A stretch of DNA of 64,000 nucleotides from an uncultured Trueperaceae bacterium (GCA_963799485.1 CAWCXJ010000006.1:512001-576000); one strand, 5' to 3'; positions 22,901 through 33,677 are shown, numbered from the stretch's first letter. Program-made: numbers and translations. Notes: a model not told the origin generated them from the sequence alone.

Positions 22901-24274
22901 ATGGCTGACGTAAAAGTTCCAGAGGTCGGTGAGTCGATTACCGAAGTGTTTATCGGCTCGTGGCTTAAACACGATGGGGAAAGCGTCGAAAAAGACGAGC
23001 CCTTAGTCGAGATAGAAACCGATAAGGCGACGCTCGAGGTACCCGCGCCTATTTCCGGGACGCTGCGCGGCGTTACCAAAAAGCAGGGCGACGCCGCGAC
23101 GGTCGGTGAGGTCATCGCCCAGATTGGTGAAGCGAGCGCGGCTGATACGAGTACCGCTGATACCGGAGACGCTGAACCTGAAACCGGCGAAGCTGACGCG
23201 ACTCGAGTCGAAGCCGAAGGTGAACTTGCTGAAGCCTCCAAGCGTGAAAAAAACGAAGCGCCGGAAGCAGCTTTCGACCCGGAGCCCGGTGAGGCGACCG
23301 ACGCGCAGGCGCAAAAGCTTGCAGATAACGTCGCTGAACCTGATGGTGAACCGCGTATCATGCCCGCCGCGCAGCGCCTCTTGGATGAGAGCGGCCTGTC
23401 GGCAAGAGACGTGCGCGCTACCGGCCCCGGGGGTCGGCTCCTCAAAGAAGACGTGCAGCGCGCGGTAGATGCAAAGAGCAAAGCTGTGCCGCCAAAAGAA
23501 GCTGCGCCCGACGTGTCACCCGCACCGAAGCCGCCTACTCAAAAACCGTCTGAACCGGTAGCCGGCGGCGACCGTCAGGAAGAAGCCGTGCCGATGAGCC
23601 CGCTTCGCCGCCGCATCGCCGAACGGCTCGTCGAGGCGCAAGCCAACGCAGCCCTCCTGACAACCTTTAACGAAGTCGATATGAGCGCTGTCATGGGCCT
23701 CAGAAGCGAGTTCAAGGAAGCGTTCCAAAAGCGCTACGAAGGCACGCGCCTGGGCTTTATGTCGTTTTTCGTCAAGGCTGTCATCGACGCGCTCAAACAG
23801 ATCCCGCAGCTCAACGCCGAAATCCGCGAGCAGCAGCTCGTCTACAAAAACTACTTCGATATCGGCGTGGCGGTCAGCTCGAAAAAAGGCTTGCTCGTCC
23901 CGGTCGTTCGTAATGCCGAGCGGCTTAGTTTTGCCGAACTCGAGCGCGCTATTTCAGACTTCGGTCAACGCGCGCAGAACAACAAGATCACGCCCGAAGA
24001 GCTGCAAGGCGGAACCTTCACCATCTCGAACGGCGGCGTGTTCGGCTCCTTGATGTCCACACCGATTGTCAACCCGCCGCAGTCGGGTGTACTGGGGATG
24101 CACGGCATCTTCGAGCGGCCTATCGCGCTTAACGGCGCGGTGGTGATTCGTCCGATGATGTATATCGCGCTGACCTACGACCACCGGATTGTCGACGGGC
24201 GTGAAGCGGTGACGTTCTTAAAACGCGTCAAGGACGCGGTCGAGAACCCAGCGAGGATGTTGCTCGAGGTCTAG
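22901..24274 (+). CDS. sucB: Dihydrolipoamide succinyltransferase E2
   Basis: Lipoyl ETDKA, E3-binding [11 protein letters not shown], catalytic YDHRIVDG. Confidence 0.97.
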   Translation: MADVKVPEVGESITEVFIGSWLKHDGESVEKDEPLVEIETDKATLEVPAPISGTLRGVTKKQGDAATVGEVIAQIGEASAADTSTADTGDAEPETGEADATRVEAEGELAEASKREKNEAPEAAFDPEPGEATDAQAQKLADNVAEPDGEPRIMPAAQRLLDESGLSARDVRATGPGGRLLKEDVQRAVDAKSKAVPPKEAAPDVSPAPKPPTQKPSEPVAGGDRQEEAVPMSPLRRRIAERLVEAQANAALLTTFNEVDMSAVMGLRSEFKEAFQKRYEGTRLGFMSFFVKAVIDALKQIPQLNAEIREQQLVYKNYFDIGVAVSSKKGLLVPVVRNAERLSFAELERAISDFGQRAQNNKITPEELQGGTFTISNGGVFGSLMSTPIVNPPQSGVLGMHGIFERPIALNGAVVIRPMMYIALTYDHRIVDGREAVTFLKRVKDAVENPARMLLEV

Positions 24275-24298
24275 GCTCAACTCGGTCAGTTCGCCGAG

Positions 24299-24325
24299 AG
24301 GTCCGCGCTGTGTGGGCCTTTTTTT
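24299..24325 (+). terminator. sucAB intrinsic terminator
   Basis: AGGTCCGC...GTGGGCCT followed by a T-run. Confidence 0.7.
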
Positions 24326-25310
24326 AGCACTTCCAATATTTACCGCAACCGCATAAGCCAAGCTATGGGCAGCTGTTCCCTAGACTTACGGGAACGCATC
24401 GTCAAAGCGCATACCGAGAAAGGGCAGAGTAAAAGTGCCGTAGCCAGACGCTTTTTCGGAACCGGGAGCTTGGCGATAACACCTCATCCGGGTAGAAGGC
24501 GGCGGCTCGACGCAAAAGGTTGCGAGGTGTTGTGGCGGCAGGTTGAAGCCCGCCGTGATTGGACACCCCTGCAGCACGCTGCTACGCTTACCGAGACGAC
24601 CGGAGTCAAGCTCAAGAAGTCGTCAATAGGTAACTGGTAACTACCTCAAGCGCTTGGGGATCACGCATAGGTTAGATCCAAAGGCCCCCGGACTTATTCT
24701 CAAAAGAGCTTTGTTGCCAGCGAACGAAATGAAGAACGAGCCAGCTACCTAAACGACGTTACCCGTAAAAAGACGAAGCCACTTGTCTTTATCGACGAGA
24801 TGAGTGCTTACATCAAGCAGAGCCGTAAGTCCGGCTGGGCGGCAAGCGCGGAGCGTGTTTACGCTACCCGACCTAAAGGCAAGAAAGAGCGCGTCAGCTT
24901 GATTGCTACGATAGCCCTTAAAAACGGTAGAACAAGCCCTGGTTGCTCCTGATACGGTCGACAAAATTGCTTTGCTGAGCTTCCTCGAGTCCGCCCTACT
25001 GCTAACTCTTGCCAAAGGCAGTGGTTTAGGCTTGGACGACTGGCGCGTGCATCATGGTGCAGAGGTTGGCGAGCTGGTCGAACGTTTCGGTTGTTGACTC
25101 CCGTATATGCCGACCTGCTAACCTGACCTAAACCCCTGTGAACATCTCTTTGCCAAGCTCAAAGCCTTTATCAAAGCGCTTCGTCCCGAAACCTTAGACG
25201 CCCTCATTCACGCTTTTTGTGATGCAGTCAAAACTGTTACGCCTGAAAACGTCCTTGACTCATTGCTGCACTGCGGCTACAAGCTAGACCAATAATTCAT
25301 GGAAGTGCTA
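24325..25310 (+). mobile_element. Degenerate IS630-family insertion sequence
   Basis: Both ends read TA-GCACTTCCA (inverted repeat plus TA target); HTH start SLDLRERIV; broken DDE motifs LVFIDE, LDDWRVH, PDLNPCEHLFAKLK; frameshifts and stops. Confidence 0.88.
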
Positions 25311-25655
25311 TCTTAACTGTTTGACGTCGATTTTCTCCGTCCCGCCATACTTTTGACGCCAGCAGTAGAAGCTCCACTCGCTGGTGCCGAGCACGCGGCA
25401 CGTTTCAGCGGACGGGCCCCTTTCCGGGTGCCGCTTTGTCCAAGACGCGGCTGTTTTTCCCCGGCTGGTCTCGCGCTCGAGCTGCCGCAAAATTGTCGAC
25501 GACCAGAGGAAGTCCCTTTAGGGATAATCTGTTCGGGGCTAGGTAAAGGCTAAGAGCCTTTGAGCTTTGCTCTAAGCCCTGTGGGTCTTTCGCACGGTCA
25601 TTCCTTTCAGCCTGACTCACATTCCGCTTGGCTCAGGTTTTTTGGGGTTACGTCA
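25311..25655 (-). mobile_element. IS3-family remnant (left end plus broken orfA)
   Basis: TG-initiated end TGACGTAACCCCAAAAAACCTGAG; orfA pieces PEQII, ILRQLERE, ETCRVLGTSEWSFYCWRQKYGG; cut off at the IS630 end. Confidence 0.7.
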
Positions 25656-25792
25656 ACTCTTAAGCGAGAGTTCGTGTTGAAGCGTCTTTTTAACCCCCAA
25701 CGTGACGATCAAGGCGCTGCCGCAGAGCTTTACCGTTGCATATGCCGAACCCGAGAAAAAGGCGTATCATCAAGACCTCATCTTGACGAGTG

Positions 25793-26974
25793 CTATACAT
25801 TAACGAGAAAGGCCGTCAGGTACATCACAACGAGCCCGGCGGTGAAACCTGCCAGGTTGGTTGCCGAGAGCCAGTTTGCCTCACTGCGTTTGGCAGTTCG
25901 CGCCAGGTAGCTGCCCACCTCGACGATGACCTGTAAGATAGCGCCCGCCCCGATACCCAAGAAAAGCGCCGCCCACTGCGCCGAGAAGGCGAACGCTCCT
26001 ATCCAGGTGCCGACGACGGCGGGTAATCCCGCTAAAGCGGCTAAACCGACAAACGTGAGCAAGCTGGTTTTGCGCTTGGTCAGGGGCGCGGCGATACCGA
26101 TGCCCTCGGTGATGTTGTGCAGGGTAAAGCCGACGACGAGGAAAGAGCCGAGCGCCGCCTCGCCGATGGCAAACGCCGCGCCGATGGCGAGCCCTTCGCC
26201 CAGGTTGTGTAGGCCGATGCCCGAGGACAGGTAGGTCGCTAGCGACAGACCTTCAGGCGCTTGTCCTTTGCGCCGCCCTACCACCAGCAGGACCAAAAAC
26301 GATAGCCCCGCTGCCAACCACACCAGGGCTCCTGCCTGGAACGCGCCCGCCGCGCCTGCGGCCAACTCGAGCCCTTCCTGCAACGTGTCTATGAGCAAGA
26401 ACGCCAGCAAGCCTAAAGTGAGGGCGAGCAAAAACTGCAAGCCCCGCCGCCCCAGCGTGCGCAAGTACGGGTAAAAAAGCAGGCCCAGCGTGACCGGCAC
26501 GACCCCGACGTAGATGCCCAGCAGGGCGAAAGCGAGCAGTCTACTCAAGGTAAAGGTGGGCGTCGGCGTCGCCACGGCAATCTCGTGCTGAAAGGACAAG
26601 CCCGTTTTGCTCAGGAGGGTGACGGCGTGCGCTTCGTTCTGGACCCAGGGGTAAGGGATGTCGAGCTGAGCGGTCTGCAAACGCCCCAGTTCGCCGGGCG
26701 GGGTCTGGGTGAACGCCCAGTACGCGCCGTCGACCTGCACCTGGGCGATGGCGACGGGCTCGCTCCCGTCGGCGCGGACCGTCAGGTGAATCCCGGTTTC
26801 GTCTAAAACGGTGCGCTCGACCGTAATTCTTTCGATAGGCGGGGCCGAGACGCCGAGGGGTTTCAGCGGGTCGGTGGCGAGAAAAAGCCAGATGAGCGCG
26901 CCCAGCAGAGCCAGGGGAATCGCCGCCCACAACCAGGCGAAACGCGCTTCTCGGTTCGTTGTCTGGGTACTCAC
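25793..26974 (-). CDS. ZIP-family metal transporter with N-terminal extracytoplasmic domain
   Basis: GIGLHNLGEGLAIG and FTLHNITEGIG; GTG overlaps the oxidase stop (GTGA). Confidence 0.9.
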   Translation of the reverse strand: MSTQTTNREARFAWLWAAIPLALLGALIWLFLATDPLKPLGVSAPPIERITVERTVLDETGIHLTVRADGSEPVAIAQVQVDGAYWAFTQTPPGELGRLQTAQLDIPYPWVQNEAHAVTLLSKTGLSFQHEIAVATPTPTFTLSRLLAFALLGIYVGVVPVTLGLLFYPYLRTLGRRGLQFLLALTLGLLAFLLIDTLQEGLELAAGAAGAFQAGALVWLAAGLSFLVLLVVGRRKGQAPEGLSLATYLSSGIGLHNLGEGLAIGAAFAIGEAALGSFLVVGFTLHNITEGIGIAAPLTKRKTSLLTFVGLAALAGLPAVVGTWIGAFAFSAQWAALFLGIGAGAILQVIVEVGSYLARTAKRSEANWLSATNLAGFTAGLVVMYLTAFLVNV

Positions 26975-28065
26975 GCCCTCACCTCGAAAAGACTCATCCA
27001 GCCGAGTTCGGTGAACTCGGACTGGTGCGCGTGGAACATGTACTGACCGGGCTCGAAGCCGGCAAAGGAGAACTCTAAAATCCCCCGCTGGCCCTGGCAC
27101 TGCATCACGGTGTCGATGGTCTTTTGGGTCGGCGTGAGGGTCGTGCCGTGGTCGTAGTAGTCGAAGAAGTTGGCGTGCAGGTGAAACGAGTTGATAGGGT
27201 CGAACTCGGTCACGTTAATGAGGTAAACGCGCACGGGCCTGTCCCGCTCTATCTGGATAGGCTTTTTCAGGTAAGCGTGCGCCACCGAGTTGGCGGCGTA
27301 GACCTCGTTCGCGTCGTCGAAGTTGGTATCGAAGCCGTTCATGACCATCACGAACTCCTGCCAGGTCTTGTTTTCGGGGCTGCCTAAGAGCCTCGAGCGC
27401 GCCACCTCCGACTGCTCGGGATGCCGCTCGGGGTCGGGGTCGACGATAAACGCGCCGTAAAGCCCCTTGTGGATGTGACGCTTGAGCGGGATGGCGTGGC
27501 AGTGGTAGAGGTGACAGCCGAAGGGCTCGGCGTCGAACTCGTAGGTGAAACTCTCGCCCGGCTGAATCACCCCGCGCCCGACGCCCGCCACCCCGTCCAT
27601 AAAGGCCGAGTGAATCCCGTGAAAGTGGAGGGTGTGGGGGTGGCTGCCGCCGTTGCCGAAATGCACCCTGACCCGGTCTCCCTCGGTGGCGCGAAGGGTC
27701 GGGCCGGGCACGCGCCCGTTATAGGTCCAGGCGGGAAAGAACAAACCGGGGGCGATTTCTATCTCCTTGTCTACCGCAGCAACATCGAATTCGCGCAAGG
27801 TTTGGCCGGTGTCCAAAGTTGAAACGCGCCCCGTGTCCCAGTCGGTCAAGAGGTCGTGCGGGTCGAAGCCGTTGCGGTCGTTGTCCACCTCGCCCACGGT
27901 TGTCATGCCGTTTTCGCTCATGCCCTCGAGTTGGGGTGCGGCGGTGCCGGGCGTCGCCTCCTGCGCGCCGACGAAAGGGCTCATAAGTTGCCCCAGCAAG
28001 AACCCCGCCCCGCCGAAAAAACCGGTTTTCAGCAGTTCACGCCGCTCCGGGTTTTTAGGGTTCAC
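26971..28065 (-). CDS. Tat-exported two-domain multicopper oxidase
   Basis: ERRELLK Tat motif; HPHTLHFHG, HLYHCH...H, SFHLH, MFHAH; GTG overlaps the DtxR stop. Confidence 0.88.
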   Translation of the reverse strand: MNPKNPERRELLKTGFFGGAGFLLGQLMSPFVGAQEATPGTAAPQLEGMSENGMTTVGEVDNDRNGFDPHDLLTDWDTGRVSTLDTGQTLREFDVAAVDKEIEIAPGLFFPAWTYNGRVPGPTLRATEGDRVRVHFGNGGSHPHTLHFHGIHSAFMDGVAGVGRGVIQPGESFTYEFDAEPFGCHLYHCHAIPLKRHIHKGLYGAFIVDPDPERHPEQSEVARSRLLGSPENKTWQEFVMVMNGFDTNFDDANEVYAANSVAHAYLKKPIQIERDRPVRVYLINVTEFDPINSFHLHANFFDYYDHGTTLTPTQKTIDTVMQCQGQRGILEFSFAGFEPGQYMFHAHQSEFTELGWMSLFEVRA

Positions 28066-28643
28066 GCGACCACCGCGCCGCGAATCAGCATGGCGGTATC
28101 TTTGGCGAGTACCTCTCGCCTGCTGCTGCGAGCGACGTGCACCAGCCCACCGAGGGGTTCTCGCCAGATGCCCTGAAACTGCACTCCCGGTTGGACGCCC
28201 AACAGAAGGTAGCTGAGCACATCCGAAGCCTGTACGAGGAACCGGGAAACCTGAAGCGCCAGGCCCGCTGCGACTTCGGCGAGCAGCATATTGGGCGTGT
28301 CCGGCAGGGTGCCGTTGGTTCTGGAGATGGGGTCGCCATATACCTCGTCCCGGTCGTAATCCAGATAGCCGATCAAAAAAGTTCCGACTAGCCGGTGCCG
28401 CCGTACCTGAAGGCGCGCCCCTTGCGCTCCAGCAGGGATCAGCTCGGCCCCGTGATAGCGGGTACGGTGCGCGAGTCCAGGGTCTCTCAGTTTGGTAAGC
28501 ATCCCCGCCACCGAGGCGTCTGACACGCCCGGCGCATCGGCAAGCCGGCGCATCGTAACCGAGCCACCCTGCGCGCCCTGCCAAAAGGTTTTAAGGTAAG
28601 CCTTAACTGACTCCAAGACATATTTTAATTTAAGTTTAGGCAT
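28062..28643 (-). pseudogene. Degenerate DtxR/MntR-family regulator
   Basis: YLK, VSDASVAGML HTH, RRHRL, FeoA-like C-terminus; the HxEAExLEH...HDPH segment is missing (reads DEVY-GDPI). Confidence 0.75.
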
Positions 28644-28652
28644 ATCTAAATT
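28632..28652. promoter_or_regulatory. DtxR/MntR-type operator palindrome
   Basis: AAGTTTAGGCATATCTAAATT (TTTAG-N6-CTAAA) in an AT-rich promoter patch next to TATAAT. Confidence 0.65.
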
Positions 28653-28717
28653 ATAATTTTACGTTACCCAAACTGTCAACCTCGCTACCCTCATGGATGA
28701 TTGATTTAGACTGATGT

Positions 28718-29500
28718 GTGCGTTTTCTCTCCCGTTCGACTTGTCGCCGTTTTCTTGTTGTCGGTGGCCTTTACCTCGTGTACGCGCTCGTCGCAACCGC
28801 CTTTTTAACGGGCGTCGCCGGAAAACGGATTGTCGCCGCACCAGTCTTTTTGCCTTGCAAGGCGGGCACGGTTCCGGCAGGGTTTGAGCGAGCCCTCCTG
28901 AGTCCGGGATCACCCACCCAACCCGCGCGTCAGGTGTCCGGCGCAGCGCAGCTCCGGCTGCCCGACCTCAAGGTGCATGAAGCCGTACGACCTCCATACC
29001 GTCGGCAGCCAGGCGAGTAACGACCTGCGGCTCAAGTTCGGCGCGACTGTCTGAACACCGGGCGGGGCCGCTCGAGTGAGCGGCGAGCTCGAGGTCTACC
29101 AGTACCTCTACCCGCGAGGCGGAGGTCAAGCGCAGCAGGGCAGGCGCATCGGCACCTTCGACTACCATCAGCGTCACGGTCACCTGCAGACCTTTGCTCG
29201 CTACCAGCTCTGGTCGCCCGGGCCGCAGGGCGAACCGCTCGCGGTGGTGGCGACCAACGACAAAGTCGGCTTCTGCCTCCTGGATATCAAGCCGATCAGC
29301 CCGGAGCGCCCGTCTACGCGGGCTGCCGCGCCGACGTGCAGGGCATCTCAGTCGGCTACGGCGATAAGTACGTAGCTCAGCTCTACAAACAAGACCTCGA
29401 GCTGACGGGCCTGCCCGACGGCAATTACGCGCTTGTTACGGTAGCGATCCCGACAGGGAGATCGCCAGGTCGAGCAGACTGACAGTCGGCGTAAACGGCG
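28718..29500 (+). pseudogene. Bacterial lysyl-oxidase-like protein, frameshifted
   Basis: Across frames: TM leader, LPDL, LRLKF..NTG..GPLE, YHQRHGH, KVGFCLLD, QGISVGYGDKY, DLELTGLPDGNYAL. Confidence 0.7.
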
Positions 29501-29751
29501 CGTTAGTGTTCGGGAGTGCAGGGTCGGTGCCGAGTGTGCCCAAGACTTGGGTAGCGTTAAGCGGGGCACCACGGCAAACCGCCAGGCTAGCAAGGAACGG
29601 CCCCGGACGACCGCCTGTTCTGGCTAGATAACGGCGAAGAGAACATAGGCAAAGCTGGAGCCGCTGCATAACGCTGTTGATATGCACGCTTATTTCGCGC
29701 ACCCTCCGCTCGCGGGTAGTCGGGAGGACGCGCTCAGGTTAAGATAGTGCT

Positions 29752-30087
29752 ATGACCGTCTCGTGTGACGCTGTAGAACCAGGGGCCGAGCTGCTGCCCG
29801 CCGATGGGTTGATCGATGAGGCCGTCGACCTGCTTAAAGGTTTTGCCGATCACACGCGTTTCAAGATTCTGCTGCTGCTACGCCACGACGAGGTGTGCGT
29901 TCACCGGCTTTCCGAGATGCTAGAGATCAGTCAGTCGGCGGTAAGTCACCAGCTGCGCGTGCTGCGGGCGGCGCGTCTGGTGAGCTATAAAAAACGTGGG
30001 CGGCACGTCTTTTACCGTCTCGCCGACGACCACATCCGCGAGATGCTGACAAACGTCCTGTCTCACAGCGATGAGGTTCACGAGTAG
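29752..30087 (+). CDS. ArsR/SmtB metal-sensing repressor (alpha5 type)
   Basis: EVCVHRL, SQSAVSHQLRVLR, LADDHI...SH. Confidence 0.92.
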   Translation: MTVSCDAVEPGAELLPADGLIDEAVDLLKGFADHTRFKILLLLRHDEVCVHRLSEMLEISQSAVSHQLRVLRAARLVSYKKRGRHVFYRLADDHIREMLTNVLSHSDEVHE

Positions 30088-30201
30088 CGGCGGGCGCAGC
30101 CGGCCCGAACGTGCTTGACGGTAACTACTGAGCAGACAATCTATAGACGCGCAAGTACGAGAGCTGGCCGGTTGATCTCAAAAAGACCCGACAGGTCAAA
30201 G

Positions 30202-30231
30202 CAAACATATGAACATATAAGCATGTGTTTG
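30202..30231. promoter_or_regulatory. SmtB/ArsR-type operator
   Basis: Imperfect palindrome CAAACATATGAACATATAAGCATGTGTTTG just upstream of the ATPase. Confidence 0.7.
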
Positions 30232-30246
30232 TGGTAAATTTACGGT

Positions 30247-32706
30247 ATGACGACTACTCAGCTTGACCTAAACCTCGTCTTACCCGGTCACCCACCTAGA
30301 ACCGACGTGTGTCTGGAGACGCTCGAGCAAAAACTCGCGCAGACCAGGGGCGTCGAAAAGGCGCACTTCAAAAAAGAGAACGGCAAGACTGAACTTTGCG
30401 TCCACTACGACCCCGACCTGCTCAGTTTGGGCGACCTCGAGCGCGCCGCGAGCCGAGCCGGAGCCGAGGTGCAAGCGCGTTATAAACACGAAACCCTGCA
30501 GCTCGCCGGCCTCCACTGCGCCGACTGCGCAGGCTCCATCGAGGCGGTCACGAAGCGCCTGGACGGGGTGCTGAACGCCAGCGCCAACTACGCCACCGAA
30601 AAGCTGAACGTCACCTACGACGCGCAGAAGGTCGGCCGGGAACACATCAGCCGCGAGGTCAAAGGGCTCGGTTACCGCGTCAAGGGCGAGAACAAGCCTG
30701 TCACGCACCAAGACGACGAGTTAGAGGTCGGCGAGGCGGCGGAGCAAGAAGATACCGGCCACGGCGGCAAGGTTCTGGGCCTGCCGCTCGGCCTGGCGCT
30801 CAGCTTGCTGTCGGGAGCGGCGCTGATTGTCGGCTGGCTCGGCGAGAGCTTTTTCGGCTTTCCCTTCGCGCTGGCGCTGACGCTTTACCTCGTCGCTTAC
30901 GCCGCCGGGGGCTACGACGCCACCAAACACGCCGTCCGTGCGGCGCTCAAGGGCCGCTTCGACATCGACGTGCTTATGGTCGTCGCCGCCCTCGGCGCGG
31001 CGGCGCTGGGCGAGTGGCCCGAAGGGGCGCTGCTGCTCTTTTTGTTCAGCCTGGGGCACGCGCTCGAGCATTACACGATGGACCGTGCCCGCAACGCGAT
31101 TCGCGCGCTGGCCGATCTGACCCCCAAAACCGCGCGGGTCAGGCGCGACGGCGCAGAGCAGGAATTGCCCATAGCCAAACTCGTCATCGGCGACACCGTC
31201 ATCGTCCGCCCGGGCGAGCGGATGCCCGCCGACGGCGAGGTTTTAGAGGGTCGCAGCGCGGTCGATCAGGCCCCCATCACCGGCGAGTCCATGCCGGTGG
31301 AGAAAACGCCAGGGGACGACGTGTTCGCGGGCACCATCAACGGCGACGGCTCGCTCGTCTTTAAGACCACCAAAAACCCCGAGGACTCCACGCTCTCGCG
31401 CGTCGTGCAGATGGTCGAGCAGGCCCAGACCGCCAAAAGCCCCACGCAGCGCTTTACCGACCGCTTTCAGCGCATCTTCACCCCCGTGATTCTGGGGGTG
31501 ACCGCGCTGCTCATCGCCCTGCCGCCTCTGTTCGGCTTTCCCTTCGCGGAAAGTTTCATCCGCGCCATGACGCTCCTCGTCGCGGCCAGCCCCTGCGCGC
31601 TGGCGCTGGCGACGCCTTCGGCGGTGCTCTCGGGCATCGCGCGGGCCGCCAAGAGCGGCGTACTCATTAAAGGCGGGGTCCACCTCGAGAACGCCGGCAC
31701 CGCCCGGGTGGTGGTCTTCGACAAGACCGGCACCCTGACCGAGGGCAGGCCCGTAGTCACCGACCTGTGGACGCCCCAGGGCGATAAGCAAACCGACCGA
31801 GATGAACTGCTGGCCCTGGCCGCCGCCGTGGAGAGCAAGAGTGCCCACCCGCTGGCCAAGGCCATCGTGCAGGCCGCAGAAGCCAAGGGGCTAAAGCTGC
31901 CCCGGACCGGCGACCTCGAGTCCTCGACCGGCAAAGGGGTAAGCGCGCCGGTGGACGGTCAGCCGCTGCGCATCGGCACCCGCACGCTGATGCAGGAGGC
32001 GGGCGTGAGCGTGAGCGAGGCCGCCAGCAAAATGCTCGAGGCGCTCGAGCAAGCGGGCAAGACCAGCGTGCTAGTCGCCCACGGCGCTACCCTCAAAGGC
32101 ATCCTGGCCCTGCGCGACGAGCCGCGCGAGGCCGCCAAAGCCGCCATAAGCAAGCTTAAAGAGATAGGCATCAAACACACCGTGATGCTCACCGGCGACA
32201 ACCGTTTGGTGGCCGAGGCCATCGGCGCCGAAGTGGGCGTCGATGAAGTCAGGGCCGACCTGTTGCCCGAAGACAAAGTGACGGCCGTCAAAGAACTCAA
32301 AGAGCGTTTCGACAAGGTCATCATGATAGGCGACGGCGTCAACGACGCCCCGGCGATGGTCGAGGCGACCACCGGCATCGCCATGGGCGGCGCGGGCACC
32401 GACGTGGCCCTGGAAACCGCCGACATCGCCTTGATGGCCGACGACCTCTCGAAGCTGCCCTACGCCCTGTCGCTGTCTCGAGCCAGCCGCCGCATGATCG
32501 TGCAGAACTTGTGGATCAGTCTGGGCGTCATCGCTTTCTTGGTGCCGAGCGCTATCTTAGGTTTGGCTACCATCAGCATCGCCATCATCGTCCACGAGGG
32601 CAGCACCCTGGTGGTGGTCGTCAACGCGCTCAGACTGCTGGGCTTTAAGGACAAACAAAGCCGCGCGGCCCCAGCGGTCAAGGCCCCGGCAGGTGCGACC
32701 CTTTGA
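30247..32706 (+). CDS. Heavy-metal P1B-type ATPase (SPC/HEGS, P1B-4-like) with N-terminal HMA domains
   Basis: HCADC, TGES, ASPCAL, DKTGT, GDGVND, HEGST. Confidence 0.95.
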   Translation: MTTTQLDLNLVLPGHPPRTDVCLETLEQKLAQTRGVEKAHFKKENGKTELCVHYDPDLLSLGDLERAASRAGAEVQARYKHETLQLAGLHCADCAGSIEAVTKRLDGVLNASANYATEKLNVTYDAQKVGREHISREVKGLGYRVKGENKPVTHQDDELEVGEAAEQEDTGHGGKVLGLPLGLALSLLSGAALIVGWLGESFFGFPFALALTLYLVAYAAGGYDATKHAVRAALKGRFDIDVLMVVAALGAAALGEWPEGALLLFLFSLGHALEHYTMDRARNAIRALADLTPKTARVRRDGAEQELPIAKLVIGDTVIVRPGERMPADGEVLEGRSAVDQAPITGESMPVEKTPGDDVFAGTINGDGSLVFKTTKNPEDSTLSRVVQMVEQAQTAKSPTQRFTDRFQRIFTPVILGVTALLIALPPLFGFPFAESFIRAMTLLVAASPCALALATPSAVLSGIARAAKSGVLIKGGVHLENAGTARVVVFDKTGTLTEGRPVVTDLWTPQGDKQTDRDELLALAAAVESKSAHPLAKAIVQAAEAKGLKLPRTGDLESSTGKGVSAPVDGQPLRIGTRTLMQEAGVSVSEAASKMLEALEQAGKTSVLVAHGATLKGILALRDEPREAAKAAISKLKEIGIKHTVMLTGDNRLVAEAIGAEVGVDEVRADLLPEDKVTAVKELKERFDKVIMIGDGVNDAPAMVEATTGIAMGGAGTDVALETADIALMADDLSKLPYALSLSRASRRMIVQNLWISLGVIAFLVPSAILGLATISIAIIVHEGSTLVVVVNALRLLGFKDKQSRAAPAVKAPAGATL

Positions 32707-32714
32707 GGGGAAAC

Positions 32715-33077
32715 ATGATTGCCAGCGGGCATTTAGAAGATAACATCATCGTGATTACGGTGAGCAGCACGCTTACAAAAGAAGATTACGAGACCCTCAC
32801 ACCGAGGCTCGAGCAAGAGGCCGAGCGTCACGACACGCTGCGCCTCGTCTGGGAGATGCAGGACTTCAGAGGTTGGCAACCCGGCGCGCTGTTAGAGGAC
32901 GCCAAACTCGACGCACAGCTAAACGGCAAGGTGACTATGCTTGCAATGGTCGGCGAGACAAGGTGGCAAAGCTGGATGACGCAGCTGACTAGGCCTTTCG
33001 CCTCGGGAGAGGTACGTTACTTCGACGAGACCGAGCGCGGCGCAGCTTACACTTGGATAAGGAGCGGCACCATGTAA
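32715..33077 (+). CDS. STAS/SEC14 (SpoIIAA-like) protein
   Basis: LTKEDYE, DFRGWQPGALLED, VRYF...AYTW. Confidence 0.75.
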   Translation: MIASGHLEDNIIVITVSSTLTKEDYETLTPRLEQEAERHDTLRLVWEMQDFRGWQPGALLEDAKLDAQLNGKVTMLAMVGETRWQSWMTQLTRPFASGEVRYFDETERGAAYTWIRSGTM

Positions 33078-33137
33078 GCGTTTTATCCAAGAACCTCCGT
33101 TTTTAGCCCTCGGCAGTTTGATTTTGATCTTGTTAGC

Positions 33138-33677
33138 TTGAAAGGTGCAAAAGTGTTACAAAAACGACCCTGGCTCATCGCTGTATTCGCTGCCCTGCTC
33201 GCCCTCTTGACGGCGGGTGTCATCATCTTTTACCTCGAGCGCGGGCGCACCGCTACCAACTCCACGAATCCGGCGGCGCTTACGTCAACCACAAACACGT
33301 CTGCACTGCAAGGCTTGACGGCGACGGTTTACAAGTCCCCGACCTGCGGCTGCTGTGCAGGCTACGTCGAGTTCTTAGAGGAGAATGGCGTCACTGTGAA
33401 CGCCGTGGACACGAACGACCTAGCCCAAGTCAAAACTGAAAACGGTGTTCCGTACGCCGCGCAGAGTTGTCACACTACCCTAATAGACGGCTACGTCGTC
33501 GAGGGGCACGTCCCCCTGGCAGCGCTTGAAAAACTCCTCTCGGAACGGCCTGAGATCAGCGGCGTCGCTTTGCCGGGAATGCCGACGGGAACGCCAGGGA
33601 TGGCGGGGTCACAAGTTGGTGTTTTAGAGGTCGTCAGCTTCAAGGAAGGCAACCTGACCCCCTTTATGTCGTTATGA
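33138..33677 (+). CDS. DUF411/CopG-like metal-binding protein
   Basis: YKSPTCGCC, SCHT, YVVEGHVP, LPGMPTGTPGM; N-terminal anchor. Confidence 0.9.
   Translation: MKGAKVLQKRPWLIAVFAALLALLTAGVIIFYLERGRTATNSTNPAALTSTTNTSALQGLTATVYKSPTCGCCAGYVEFLEENGVTVNAVDTNDLAQVKTENGVPYAAQSCHTTLIDGYVVEGHVPLAALEKLLSERPEISGVALPGMPTGTPGMAGSQVGVLEVVSFKEGNLTPFMSL

Noticed and set aside
26971..28584. 537-aa ORF suggesting a long N-terminal extension on the oxidase
   Set aside because: The extension is an alternative frame over the DtxR gene; the Tat signal and GTGA coupling put the start at 28065
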